A stretch of DNA of 64,000 nucleotides, taken from Camelus ferus (lineage: Eukaryota). Where the stretch lies: assembly GCF_009834535.1 (NCBI RefSeq), contig NC_045697.1:8868001-8932000 (forward strand), given 5' to 3'. The position numbers and the translations under genes were made by a program. A model generated the notes under the pieces. The model saw only the letters and a program-made list of their open reading frames with translations. It made no database searches and was not told the DNA's origin. Below, piece by piece: positions 1 to 10,589 of the stretch. Position 1 is the stretch's first letter. Each line of letters opens with the position of its first letter.

Positions 1-2204
1 CTCTGCAGAAATGAGCAAAATTTTATTAGGAGGGTACTCAGCCTTAGGTATCCCTGAATGTAATACTGAAATCTGCATGGCCCTCTAAATTTGGAAAATA
101 GCGCTTTCCTGTCTACCGTAGGGTTATATGTGATTGTAGACTCTAAAGTGGTGTGTGCTCATAAGAAATTACAAATTTCCTTCCAGTGGTACAACAGTCT
201 AGCCATTCTATAGCTTCTAACTAAAGACCTGCCACCTTGTTCCCTGTGTTTAACATTCTCTGGTATTTCACGAAGTTCTCTGCACTTGAAATATGATCAT
301 CCCAGAGTTAAGGCATTCATCAAGTGTGTTCTGTGTTTCACACAGCTGGATGCTTTGAAGGGCGTGACAAAGACAGAAAAAGGAGATCACATTTTCATCA
401 GCAGAGTGAAAATCAGTGTTTCCCTCACGGTTCTCCTGAGAACACCGAGGCCCTGGTTGCCCTCAGACGGGAGGAAGCTCTGTCCCCAAGTCTCTAGTGT
501 CCGGGGGGTCTGGAGAGAAGGGACATGTGAGCAATTTGGTGGAATGGAGTTAATTAGTACCACCTTTAACTGAATTGTTTTCCAGGTAAGCCAAGGCTAA
601 AGGTGAGGTGGGCAGGTAACTTGAGTAATTGCTTCATTTCAAGGGTGAGTCATTTCTAGCCCGAGGCACCAGATCCGGATTTCAGTTTGATGTCATCACA
701 TTCTTCTAGCAGCTTCTGCTTTAGCACAGAGATTAATTTCCATCCTGGTGGGCTTGAGTGATGAAATCATTCTGTGAGATGTTCAGAGGTTTAACAATTA
801 GAGCAGATGAAGATCTGTGAATAATCCAAGTTTCAAAGGACTGTGGCTTTTAAACAATGGCCTGATGAACAGTAGGTCATAACTTAAAATCAACATTCAT
901 CTCAGAAATCTGAGTTCACCTCTGCTATGTCTGTTTCCTCTCTTCTTAGCTTTCTCTTCCTTCTGTTTGACTCCCTTCCATTTCTTCCACACTTCTCTGG
1001 CTTTCTCCTACATTCACCAACTGGCCACATGTATAATGGAAGCATTGAACCGAAGATATTGAGGGCAGCCTCCGTGTCCTGCAGATGACGACGCTGGGGC
1101 ACAGGCTCGGGAAGGGATTAGAAGCAGAGTCAGAGTGGGAACTTGGCATTTGTGCTTCTCTGTTCCATATTCTTATTTAGTATTTTCCAAAAGTATTTAA
1201 AATATTGATTATTTTATTTTGTTGTAAAATAGATATATGGCCCTTGTAAAACATGTTCTCAACTATAGAAAACTTCAAAGTGCCCTGGCGCCCTGTCTGT
1301 TCTCAAGGAAGGGAGACGTGGTTAAAGGAGCCAGAATTTAGCAATACAGCCTGACAGCAGCACCCCACCTGCCAAGCCCCTGTGTATTTCCTTCAGTCTC
1401 TTTTCCATTCAAGTCAACAGAAATTACATATATTCTAAAGAAATAGGATTCTATTGTTGAGGCACATTGGGATCTTGACTTTTGTGTTTAACTCTCATTA
1501 GCATTGTCTCATGGCCTTAGATATTCTGGAAAATATGCCCTTAAAGAGGGCTTGCTACTCCAATCTGTGGCTGTACCAGAATTTAACCACTTGTGGAATG
1601 AAATTCCCGGTTTTTGATTTAAAAAGCAGGCAAGGGAGATAGTTTATATCCCAAGGGGGAAAAGGGAGATCAACAATCCTGCATGGGTTGCTTTTTGCTC
1701 AAAGCTCTCAATTGATTTCTCCCTCTGTGGGTCAGAGACACTCACAAAGGAGAAAAGGATGGTTCTGTACTCTGATAATGTTGATTTAATTACCATATTT
1801 GTCTAGAGACTTCCTTCACTCTTCTCCTGTTCCCGCACCAGTGGAGAAGCCGCTTCATTCTGTGCCTTTTCTCCTGTAGTCAATGTCATCCTAAAATCCA
1901 GTCGCTTGCTCCTGCTGCCCGCAGTATGTTGATCCCTCCCCACCTCCTCCTCTCCCCACACTGGTTTTGCTCAAAATCCTCCTGAAGCAGAAAAAGTGCT
2001 TGCTGGGCACTTGCAAAGCATTGCCAGAGAAGGCAAAGAGAAGCTTTCTCACTGAAGATGGCACTTTACAGTTTATGAGTATTTACCTGCTCTCGGAAAG
2101 GTAGAGAGAATGCTCCTGAGGTCCCAGGAGACTCAACAGTGTTGCAGTCACAAATTGGACCCAGTTTTTGGAATTGTTCTCCATTGCAATGATGAGACAG
2201 TATA

Positions 2205-2420
2205 TAAAGCACAGACTTTGATGGCAAACAGACCTTTGCCCTAACTTGTGGGATGCTGGATGGATAATTCATGGAAATCACCTGTGCCTCAGTTTCCTCA
2301 TCTGTGACTCAGGGATAATCATAGGTTCTGATTCATAGGCTTGGACAAGGATTTAAAAAGGCATAATGCACCTGAGGAGGTCAGCACGGTGTCTGGAATG
2401 TCAGGGAGTAACAAATGGTG
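2205..2420 (+). mobile_element. MIR SINE (ancient, diverged)
   Basis: MIR core 'ctgtgcctcagtttcctcatctgt...gggataat' at ~2282, followed by a degenerate MIR 3' part. Confidence 0.75.
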
Positions 2421-2534
2421 GCAAAAACCATCACTTACCCTACCCGCCTGGCTCTGTTGTTTCCATGTTCAAAGGTCAACATTTATCTTCTCAATGAATA
2501 ACAGAAAATTAAAATTAAAGTGACAGCCTTGAGA

Positions 2535-2629
2535 ATATATGTGTGTGTGTGTGTATTTATCTGAATCACTATGCTGTACACCAGAAATTAACACAACATT
2601 GTAAACTTACTATACTTCGATTAAAAAAA
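2535..2629 (+). mobile_element. Short L1 3'-terminal fragment (cetartiodactyl/camelid type)
   Basis: 'ctgaatcactatgctgtacaccagaaattaacacaacattgtaaac...tatacttcgattaaaaaaa' matches the 3' end of the L1 at 50790-50864 in this window and ends in an A tail. Confidence 0.85.
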
Positions 2630-2796
2630 TTTACAAAGTGATAGCCTTGAGACGATCTCTTACACACACACATAAAATAAAGCATGTCTGGGTTTAAACT
2701 GAGGAGTGAGAGGTGAGAGCCTTCATTACTGCAACTGGATGCGGAGCTGGAGATTGAGTTTGAGAACACATTACTAAATGCACTTAGAGCAAGGCA

Positions 2797-2901
2797 TTTT
2801 GTAATTAAGTTTATTTATCTTAAGTGGCAGTATTGGGGAATTGAACCCAAGACTTTGTGCATGCCAGGCATGCACTTTACCACTGAGCTATACCCTCCCC
2901 C
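2797..2901 (-). mobile_element. Camelid tRNA-derived SINE (Vic-1-like)
   Basis: Reverse complement reads GGGGAGGGTATAGCTCAGTGGTAAAGTGCATGC...GGGTTCAATTCCCCAATAC (Pol III A/B boxes) plus an AT-rich tail. Flanked by a perfect 12-bp TSD tagagcaaggca (2785-2796, 2902-2913). Confidence 0.9.
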
Positions 2902-3577
2902 TAGAGCAAGGCACCTTTAGGTTTTCCTTTTCTAGGTGCTTACAGGCCTAGGAAGTGCTGTGGTCTCTGACTATAAGTCTGCATTCTACCCCCTGAGCTT
3001 CCTGGACCATGGCCCATTTCTGGGAATCTGCATGATGGAGCTTCCTGGTCCTGGGCGGCCAACAGGCTGCCCTTCCGCTTTGGAACCCGGTTGGAGCTGT
3101 CACATCCACTCACAAGGACCATAGGTGACCTTCATCCCACACCTCAGGATGTTCTCTGTGAGCCCAGTGTGGGTGTCCCTGGTGTCGAAGCAACGTTCTG
3201 TGCTGTGGAGAACAATTTAGAGTAATATCTGCTCGTAAACACGGCCGCTTCCTCCGAAAGCGATGCATTAGTAGGTGGGCTGGCTGCTTGGGTGCCCTTT
3301 CAGGCTGAACGGCAGTGACGTCTGAATCACCTTCCGGAAGCACCTTGTGGCAATTTGCTAATTATTTTTATGATGCCAGGTCAGCAACAGAGGGGGCCTT
3401 CCGGCTCTGCTCTTCCTCCCCCGCCGCAGGACAGGAGAGATCATTTTTCAAATGAGTTTGAGCTCCCAGCCCGCCAGGCACAGGAGGCCCTGAACCCAGC
3501 CGAGTTGCTGCGTGTTCCTTTCTCTCTGGATTTCCTTGTCCCACACCTGGGATTTTGTCCTCCTTGGAGTGGGAACA

Positions 3578-4426
3578 TGTTTTCTAGTTTTCTAGGGCTG
3601 TTACAACAAAGCACCACAAAGTAGGTGACTTCAAATGATAGAAACTTATTCCCCCACAGTTCTGAAGGCTAGAAGTCCAAGGTCATGGTGTCAGCGGGGC
3701 GCTCCCTCTGGAGGCTCCAGGGGAGAGGCTGTTCACGCATTTCTCTTGGCTTCTGGGGTTTCTGGTCATCCTTGAGGTTCGCTAGCTTGTGGATGCCTTC
3801 CTCCAGTCTCTGCCTCCTTCGTCCCGTGGTACTTTCCCTGTGTGTGTGTGTGTCTCCTCTTCTTATTAAGAAACTATCTCCAAATAAGGCCACATTGTAA
3901 GGCACTGGGGTTAGGGTTCCAACTTATGTTAGGGGGAGGGACACAATTCAAATTATTATTTATTTAATTAATTTTTTTCCTGAAGTATCGTCGATTTACG
4001 ATGTGTTAATTTCTGGTGTACTGCAGAGTGACTCACATACATATATGTATATATACATTCCTTTTCATTTTTTTTGTTACAAGCTATTACAAGATATTGA
4101 ATATAGTTCCCTGTGCTCTACAGTAGGACCTTGATGTTTATCAATTTTATATACAGTAATTAGCATCTACAAATCTTGAACTCCTAATTTATCCCTCTCC
4201 ATTCCCTTTCCCCCTGGTAACCATAAGTTTGTTTTCTATGTCTGTGAGTCTGCCTCTGTTTTGTAAATAAGTTCATTTGTGTCCTTTCTTTTTTTTTAAT
4301 TCCACATGTAAGTGATATCATATGATGTTTTTCTTTCTCTTTCTGACTGACTTCACTTAGTATGACGATCTCCAGGACCATCCATGTTGCTGCAAATGGC
4401 ATTATTTCACAATTCAAGTTATAACA
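3578..4426 (-). mobile_element. MLT1 (ERVL-MaLR) solo LTR, MLT1B/C-like, interrupted near one end by an L1
   Basis: 'agggctgttacaacaaagcaccacaaa...cacagttctgaaggctagaagtccaagg' and the terminal 'gggacacaattcaa...ataaca', which is split by the L1 insertion. Confidence 0.85.
3952..4407 (-). mobile_element. 5'-truncated L1 (end of ORF2 plus 3' UTR)
   Basis: ORF 4184-4444(-) encodes the L1 ORF2 C-terminus (IMPFAATWMVLEIVILSEVSQKEK). T-rich tail at the left end. 10-bp TSD cacaattcaa (3942-3951, 4408-4417). Confidence 0.93.
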
Positions 4427-5689
4427 GAAGGTATCAAAGGGCACTTCATTTAGGAAAGCTTGGGGTATGATTTCTAACTGTTGGTCAGGCCTGAGACTGG
4501 TTAGGAGCTGCTTTAAGTGTTCGCTTTGCAGGTAGGAAGAGGCGGCTCAGCTCCGAGCTCACACTAGTGTGTGCACATGTGTTTACAAGTGTGCCCTCTG
4601 TTGAGAGACCTTTGTTCGGTGAGCACAGCTCTCTTAGGATTCTAACAAGATCACAGTGTTCCAACAAATATAGAAACAGAGGCTTCCCACCTCCTTACGG
4701 AGTCACAAGACTCATACGCTGAGGCACCCTCATTCTGGTGGTGCCTCTTCTGAGACGAAACCCTGTTTCTGGCCTGAGGGAAAACATTTATGGGGTCGCA
4801 TTAAAATTACCACAGAAAAGTTAAAACTCTGGAGTTAGTCATTTCAGAGAAGCCCAAACTCTTTTAACTAAACAGGGCAGCTTTGAAATTTAATGGAAAG
4901 CTCACAAGCTGTAATATAATGTGAAATCCTTTATTCCTTACAGTAATTTCATGAAAAGTCAGGCATTTCTGTGCTCACTTTCATCTGAAGTGCCTCAAAT
5001 CCCACGCTGATTATGCTGTCCACGGGGCTCTGATTCCCTGCCCCTGTTTCTTCCTGATTTCCAAGTCCTGTGGAGGTTCAGCCCCTCTGGGGTCCAGGTT
5101 TTGAAGGGTTTTGAAGGGCTATGTGTGGTAACAACTCTCCTTAAATGAGGTGTTTGGGGATTTTGAGAATTTCTCTTCCTGATTGATATCATAAGGAAAT
5201 ATCTGGCACAGTAGAAAGAAATGTGGATTTGCAACTAGCTGTGTGAATCTCAGTTTCCTCAACAGGAAAAATGAAGCCTTTGGACCTAGGACTTTGGACT
5301 TAGGACTTCTGAGGTGGTCTTCTGAGTCTAAACTTCCAGGAGCACTCTGGTTCACAATGACTTTTTAAAATTGCTTCAAAATGTTGATCAGGGAGTTAAC
5401 TGTGCTTTTAGGGAACAGTCTGTGACTTGGCATTCTGCTCAGGCTCTGCTGACAAACATCTTCTGCTGTGTGAAGGATTTCCCTAGTATTTGACCCTCAT
5501 GTTCTCCAGGCTTGTCAATGCCTGTAGCACAGCAGTGACCTTGCAAAAAGAAACAGCCACTTTGCATTCTTCCTGCCAGCGTTCTTGCTCCCTAAATGCT
5601 GTCCCGGAGATTACTGATGACGGCTACGGCCCAATGTGATCCCTAATATTTGGATAGCTCTTAATACTTCTCACAATGAATTCGTGAAC

Positions 5690-5860
5690 ATTCCTTTATT
5701 TAATATCCACAATAGTCTGGAGGCATGCTAGACTGGCATTATTATTCTCCTCTGAAGAATGAGGAAACCAAGCAACATTGAGCCAACATCACCTTAACAA
5801 GGTCACAGAGGAAATTAGTGGCAGAACAAGGGCTGGAATACAAATTTTCTGGCTTCTAGT
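5690..5860 (-). mobile_element. MIR SINE
   Basis: 'attattattctcc...atgaggaaacc...aaggtcacagag...agtggcagaac' is the reverse MIR core. Confidence 0.65.
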
Positions 5861-6317
5861 TACATTTGAACTGAACTGTTCAGATGAGGAAGAGAAAGAC
5901 CTTAACATCGACACCTACTATGTGCTGGAAATGATATTAGACAGGATTCAAACCACCATCTATTTGATTTCAGTGACTAAATTCTTTTCATTACCTAATA
6001 CTTCTTCCTTGACTGCTGGAAACAAAATTTAAGAACCAAGTGTCATTATACGAAGTAGATCAAATTAGTTTGGTTTTATAGGCAGCTTGAACTCTCCTGA
6101 TTGTGATGGACTAGTATGCTTAAAGATGCAAATAGCCCTGGGCTGGGTTCAGTCTCCTTGGCATCGCCCAGGGAGAGTCTATGGGAGATGAGTCTGGAGT
6201 GAGGATAGCTGCACTGGGAGCATGCTGCTTCTACGTGGGAGATGGCACAGGAGGATGCGAGGAGCCAGGAATGTCACTGTCCCCTCTCCTGAATGGCCGG
6301 TGTGATGTTTAGAAATA

Positions 6318-6631
6318 CAGTTGTCCCTCAGTCTCTATGGGGGATAGGTTCCAGGACCCCCTGAGGATATCAAAATTGGCTAATGCTCAAGTCCCTTATA
6401 AAAAATTGCATAGCATTTGCATATAACCTACTCGAATCCTTCGGTATACTTTAAATCATCTCTAGATTACTTATAATACAATGTAAATACTATGTACATA
6501 ATTGTAAATACAATGTAAATAGTTTCTGGCATGTGGCAAATTCAAGTTTTGCCTTTTGGATCTTTCTGGAATTTTTTCCCTAATATTTTCCACCTGCAGT
6601 GAATGAACACAGGGATATGGTGGGCCAGCTG
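6318..6631. mobile_element. MER2/MER2B-like TcMar-Tigger non-autonomous DNA transposon
   Basis: TA|CAGTTGTCCCTC...GGGCCAGCTG|TA terminal inverted repeats with TA TSD. Internal 'gctcaagtcccttata' and 'ctttaaatcatctctagattacttataata' are typical of MER2. Confidence 0.9.
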
Positions 6632-7249
6632 TACCAGGAATTCCCTGTGGATGCTCTTAAGTCCTCCTCCCCGATGGCTGGACCTACAATTATATCTCTA
6701 GGGACTGACCTCAAGGAGGTATTGCCAAATATTTATGCCTGCCTTGTTTTCCTTACTGGCTGTTGTGAGTATCAAATGAGATGATGTATGTAATTGTGCG
6801 GTGGAAATACAGCCAGCTGGTCACAATAAGAAAACAATACAGTGTTTTCCTGAGAGAATGGACTTAGGGTGTAAAAGCTGGTCTGCCACTTACTAGTTCC
6901 GGGTTCCTGGGCAGGTGCCTTATCTAATTGGACTCTGGTTTTCTCATCTTTCCTGATGGTGGTTCTGAGGCTTCAGTGAGGTGGTCTCTTTGCAATCCCA
7001 GACCCAGTGCCTTGGTCTTTTCTACATCAGTCCCCAGTAAGAAGCTCCCCTTTCTTGTCACTTCTCTTTTGAATTAATGACTTGATTCCTGTTAAAGTAT
7101 TCTGAAAAAAGAAACATTTTTTTCTTTGAAACAGGAAATTTTTTTCTGAAGTGGCTTATGCCCCTGAGGAACACAGGATCTGCAAACATAATAGTTTTCT
7201 TTTAAAAAAAACAAGTTTTCAAAGTTATTTCCTCACATCAAGCTTCAAC

Positions 7250-7763
7250 AGCATGTAGTTTATTTGTTCTTCTTGTATATACTCTGCCTGAAGGGTATCT
7301 CTTCCTTCTGGGAACTCTCCTTCCTCTCTCCATGTATTTCTGGTGGGATGGGCAATTATGTGGCTCTGACTTCGTTGCCATAGCGACTGGTCCAGGGATG
7401 GCCATGTGACCCTAGAAGAGCCAGTCATGGTCTTTGCTTGAGTTTGCTGTGGTCAGTGGCAGATTAAGGAGCAGCATTCTTCTCTCAGAATGATATCTGT
7501 GAGCAAGGCCAAGCCTGGAGCTGCTGGTGGATCTCTCTCATGCTTTGTGCAGAGACCCTCCTGAGGATGACACCCCCACAGCGGAAAGCAGAACATTCGA
7601 GAGATTCCTGATGGCATATCTGAACCTCCATATCTCACCTCCGTATCTGAACACTTCCTTTGCTCTGACTGCTCAGCAACTTGGAACAAGAACTTTCTTT
7701 ATGGTTGAAGCTAGTTTAAATTGGTTTTCTGCCATTTTTAACTGACAAAACCCTAATGAGTAC
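7250..7763 (+). mobile_element. Old MLT1 (J/K/L-like) solo LTR
   Basis: 'gactggtccagggatggccatgtgacc', 'gcctggagctgctggtgg' and the 3' end 'aagctagtttaaattggttttctgcca...ccctaatgagtac'. Confidence 0.7.
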
Positions 7764-7809
7764 TTGGAATGGCTGAAGGAGCCAAGAGTCCTGGGTGTCT
7801 CAGGGAGCA

Positions 7810-8548
7810 TGTAGTGAAGGGGTCCCTATGGAAATCAGCCAAGATGCACGAGTAGTTTGGCCTAACTCATGATGGCCAGGAGCTGGCTTTCTTTGCAGAA
7901 CAGATTTGCATAGAGAATTCAGGGCATACACATTGACTCACGATGTCCAACGTAGCTCTAAGAATGATAGATGTTTTTGAAGAGTCCGGCTCCAGGCCAG
8001 GATCCTACACGTGATCTTCTAGGCCTGACCAAAGGCAATCACCAGGCTTTATCCAGCAGGCCTCCTGGAAGGGGGAAGCTGCCCTCCTTACACCAGACTT
8101 GCATTGCTATTTTCTGGGGAGAGATGCAGCCGAGGATCAGAACCCCCTGGAGCAGCATATCTGCATTCCTAGGCACGCACTTCCATTCAGAGGCCTCTTT
8201 ACTGGGGGCCTTTGCAGGGGTACCTTTCTCTACTTTGACTCAGTACCTGTCTCTAGTCCCCCCTCTATCTCTCTGGCCCACAGGTCCATAAGGAGGTAGA
8301 AGCCTTTTATTCAGAGCATCCCTTCCACCTGTGCTGAGTCCACCTGACCCTCGCCTGGTGCCATTCTGTGGGAAAATATGGAGCAGTGGAGAGCCAGCCT
8401 TTCTTTTTCACATCTTGCTCTTTTTCACTTGCAGTGAGTGAATAAAGCCTCGCTTGTTACTTCCAGTTTGGCGCATTGTCCTAATTGACCACCTGGACAC
8501 CTGGAAGCACAGCAGTTTTGCATTCATTTCTCTGGATTCTTCTAAACA
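7810..8548 (+). mobile_element. Probable ERVL-class solo LTR (MER54/MER73/MER74-like; subfamily uncertain)
   Basis: TG...CA ends, AATAAA at 8441-8446 followed by a U5-like 'ttgttacttccagtttggc...gacacctgg'. No TSD seen. Confidence 0.55.
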
Positions 8549-8599
8549 GTGTTATGCATAATTATCCAGGCTGGCCAGGGACATAGGAGCATGATGAGA

Positions 8600-8775
8600 G
8601 TGAGTGGATCTCAAACTCCAATGCAGAATTTTCAACCCCAGCTGTTCATTTTAAAATATGGATGCTCAGGTCCTATCCCAAACTATTTAAATCAGTATGT
8701 TTGTGAATGGAGCCCAAGGATGGTATTTTTAAAGCTCCAGGTGATTCTAATATTAGCCAAGGTTGTGAACACTGT
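8600..8775. mobile_element. MER5-like hAT-Charlie element
   Basis: 'gtggatctcaaact...atttttaaagctccaggtgattctaat...gccaaggttgtgaacactg'. Confidence 0.65.
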
Positions 8776-9124
8776 TTTAATGGACATCTAAATCATTAAT
8801 CTGGGAGACGAATAGCAGAGGTTCATGAGTTCTCCTTAACCTACTGGATGAGAAGCATATAGGGATGGATCCTGGGGATCTGAGTCCAGGTGATTCTGAT
8901 ACAGGTGGTGACTAATTTGAGGATGGTTGAAAAATATTGGTCCAGCATATGAGTGTATGTGTAGGTGTGTGTGTGTCTGTGTGTGTGTCTGTGTTTGTAC
9001 GTGCATGTACTTGCCTGTTGGAGGGGAGTACCCAGGGAAAACGAAAGCAAAGAACCAAGAATCCAAAGAATTAACCTCAAAATAACTATATTCATCCACT
9101 CATCCATCTGTCCAGGTTGGGTGG

Positions 9125-9735
9125 CAGTGCGGTGCAACAGTTAAGAGTGTAGGACCCCAGCGTAAACATGTGAATCCTAGTTGTGCCAATTGTTAGTTCT
9201 GTTTCCTTGGGCAAATTTTGTAACCTCTGTCAGCCTTAGTTTCTCCATCTGAAAAATGGGAACAGATATCTATCTTCTTGCAGGTTGTCATAACATTTAA
9301 ATAAATAATATTTGTAGTGGATATAGCATATGCTTAGAACTTCACTGTCCAATATGGTAGTCACTAGCCATGTGTGATTAATCTGGCTAGTCCAAATGGA
9401 GATATTTTGTGGATAGAAAGTACACACTCAATTTTAAAGACCTAGAATAAAAAATAAGAGAATGTAAAATGTGTCATCAAGAATTTAAAAATATTGAAAT
9501 TATAATTTTTTGGATATGTTAGATTGAAATGATAATCTTAGATATTTTAGATATATTGGGTTAAGTAAAACATATTATTGAAATTAGGTTTAACTGTTTC
9601 TTTTTTTACTTCTTTAAAATGTAGCTACCACAATGTTTAAAACTAACATGTATGGTTTACTTTCTATTTCTGTTGAACAGTGTTGGCCTAGAACACAGTA
9701 AACTCTTAGTGAATGTTAAATATATTATTGTTATT
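9125..9735 (+). mobile_element. MIR SINE split by a MER33 insertion
   Basis: Core 'aacctctgtcagccttagtttctccatctgaaaaatggg'. The 3' part resumes after 9686 ('acacagtaaactcttagtgaatgtt'). Confidence 0.8.
9340..9685. mobile_element. MER33-like hAT-Charlie element
   Basis: Ends 'cactgtccaatatggtagtcactagcca' and 'ttgaacagtgttg'. 8-bp hAT-type TSD gcttagaa/gcctagaa (9332-9339, 9686-9693). Confidence 0.85.
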
Positions 9736-10169
9736 AGTATTGTTTTATGTATTTAATTCAGAAGCAGCTAGTGGACACTTGCTGTGAGAGAAATAAGCAT
9801 CAACCATCGATCCGATGGAGTGCTTAGGGTCTAGTTAAGGCAAGCAAAGTAATCAGAAGGGTGTGGGAAGTGATTTACTCCTAGGAGCTGGGGGTATGCG
9901 TGACATAGTCCATATTTCTAAAACAAATGCAAGATGAGATGCAGCATCATTCCTAGAACCTCACAAATTGTGGTGATCGCCTCAGGTACCCCAAAGCTTA
10001 CACACTGTCTAGTGACTAGAAGGTGTCTTAGAGAGGGCACCAGAACTGAAGAACGTCATGGAGCCAGCAAACTATTTAAAGAAACTTAATTCTAATACAC
10101 ATCACGAAGCCCATTATTCGTCCCCTTCCTGACACTACAAAGAAAAGAATCAAGGCTGGTCGGGGAAGT

Positions 10170-10589
10170 GGAACCAATAGCTTTCCCCTCCCCCAGATTC
10201 GTATCTACCTGCACCCTTAGAACACGGCCTTGTTTGGAAATAGGGTCTTTGCAGATGCAATAAGTTAGCATGAGGTCATTTCAGGTTTGTGTGCGCTCCA
10301 GTACAATGGCAGGTTTCCTTGTAAGGAGAGAAAACAGAGACACAGACAGACCCACGGGGAGAACACATGTGAAGAAGGGGGCAGAGATTGGGGTCATGTA
10401 GCTATAAGCCAAGGCACGCCACAGCTTCCTGACGGCCACTGGAAGCCAGAAGGGGGAAGGAAGGACTCTCCCCTAGAGTCTGGAGACCACTGACACCTTC
10501 ATTTCAGACTTCTGGTCTCCAAAGCTATGACAGAATAAAATTCTGTTTTTATAAGCTGCCTGTTATGACTTCCCTAAGAAACTAATGCA
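10170..10589 (+). mobile_element. MLT1B/C-like solo LTR
   Basis: 'ccttgtttggaaatagggtctttgcagatg', 'ggcagagattgg', 'aagccaagg' and the end 'aataaaattctgtt...aaactaatgca'. Confidence 0.88.

Noticed and set aside
758..915. TGATGA motifs as possible C/D snoRNA boxes (also ~15992 and ~48203)
   Set aside because: No properly spaced D box with a terminal stem.
2830..2901. tRNA-like sequences (also 27340-27420 and 51613-51690)
   Set aside because: These are SINE heads with tails and TSDs, not tRNA genes.
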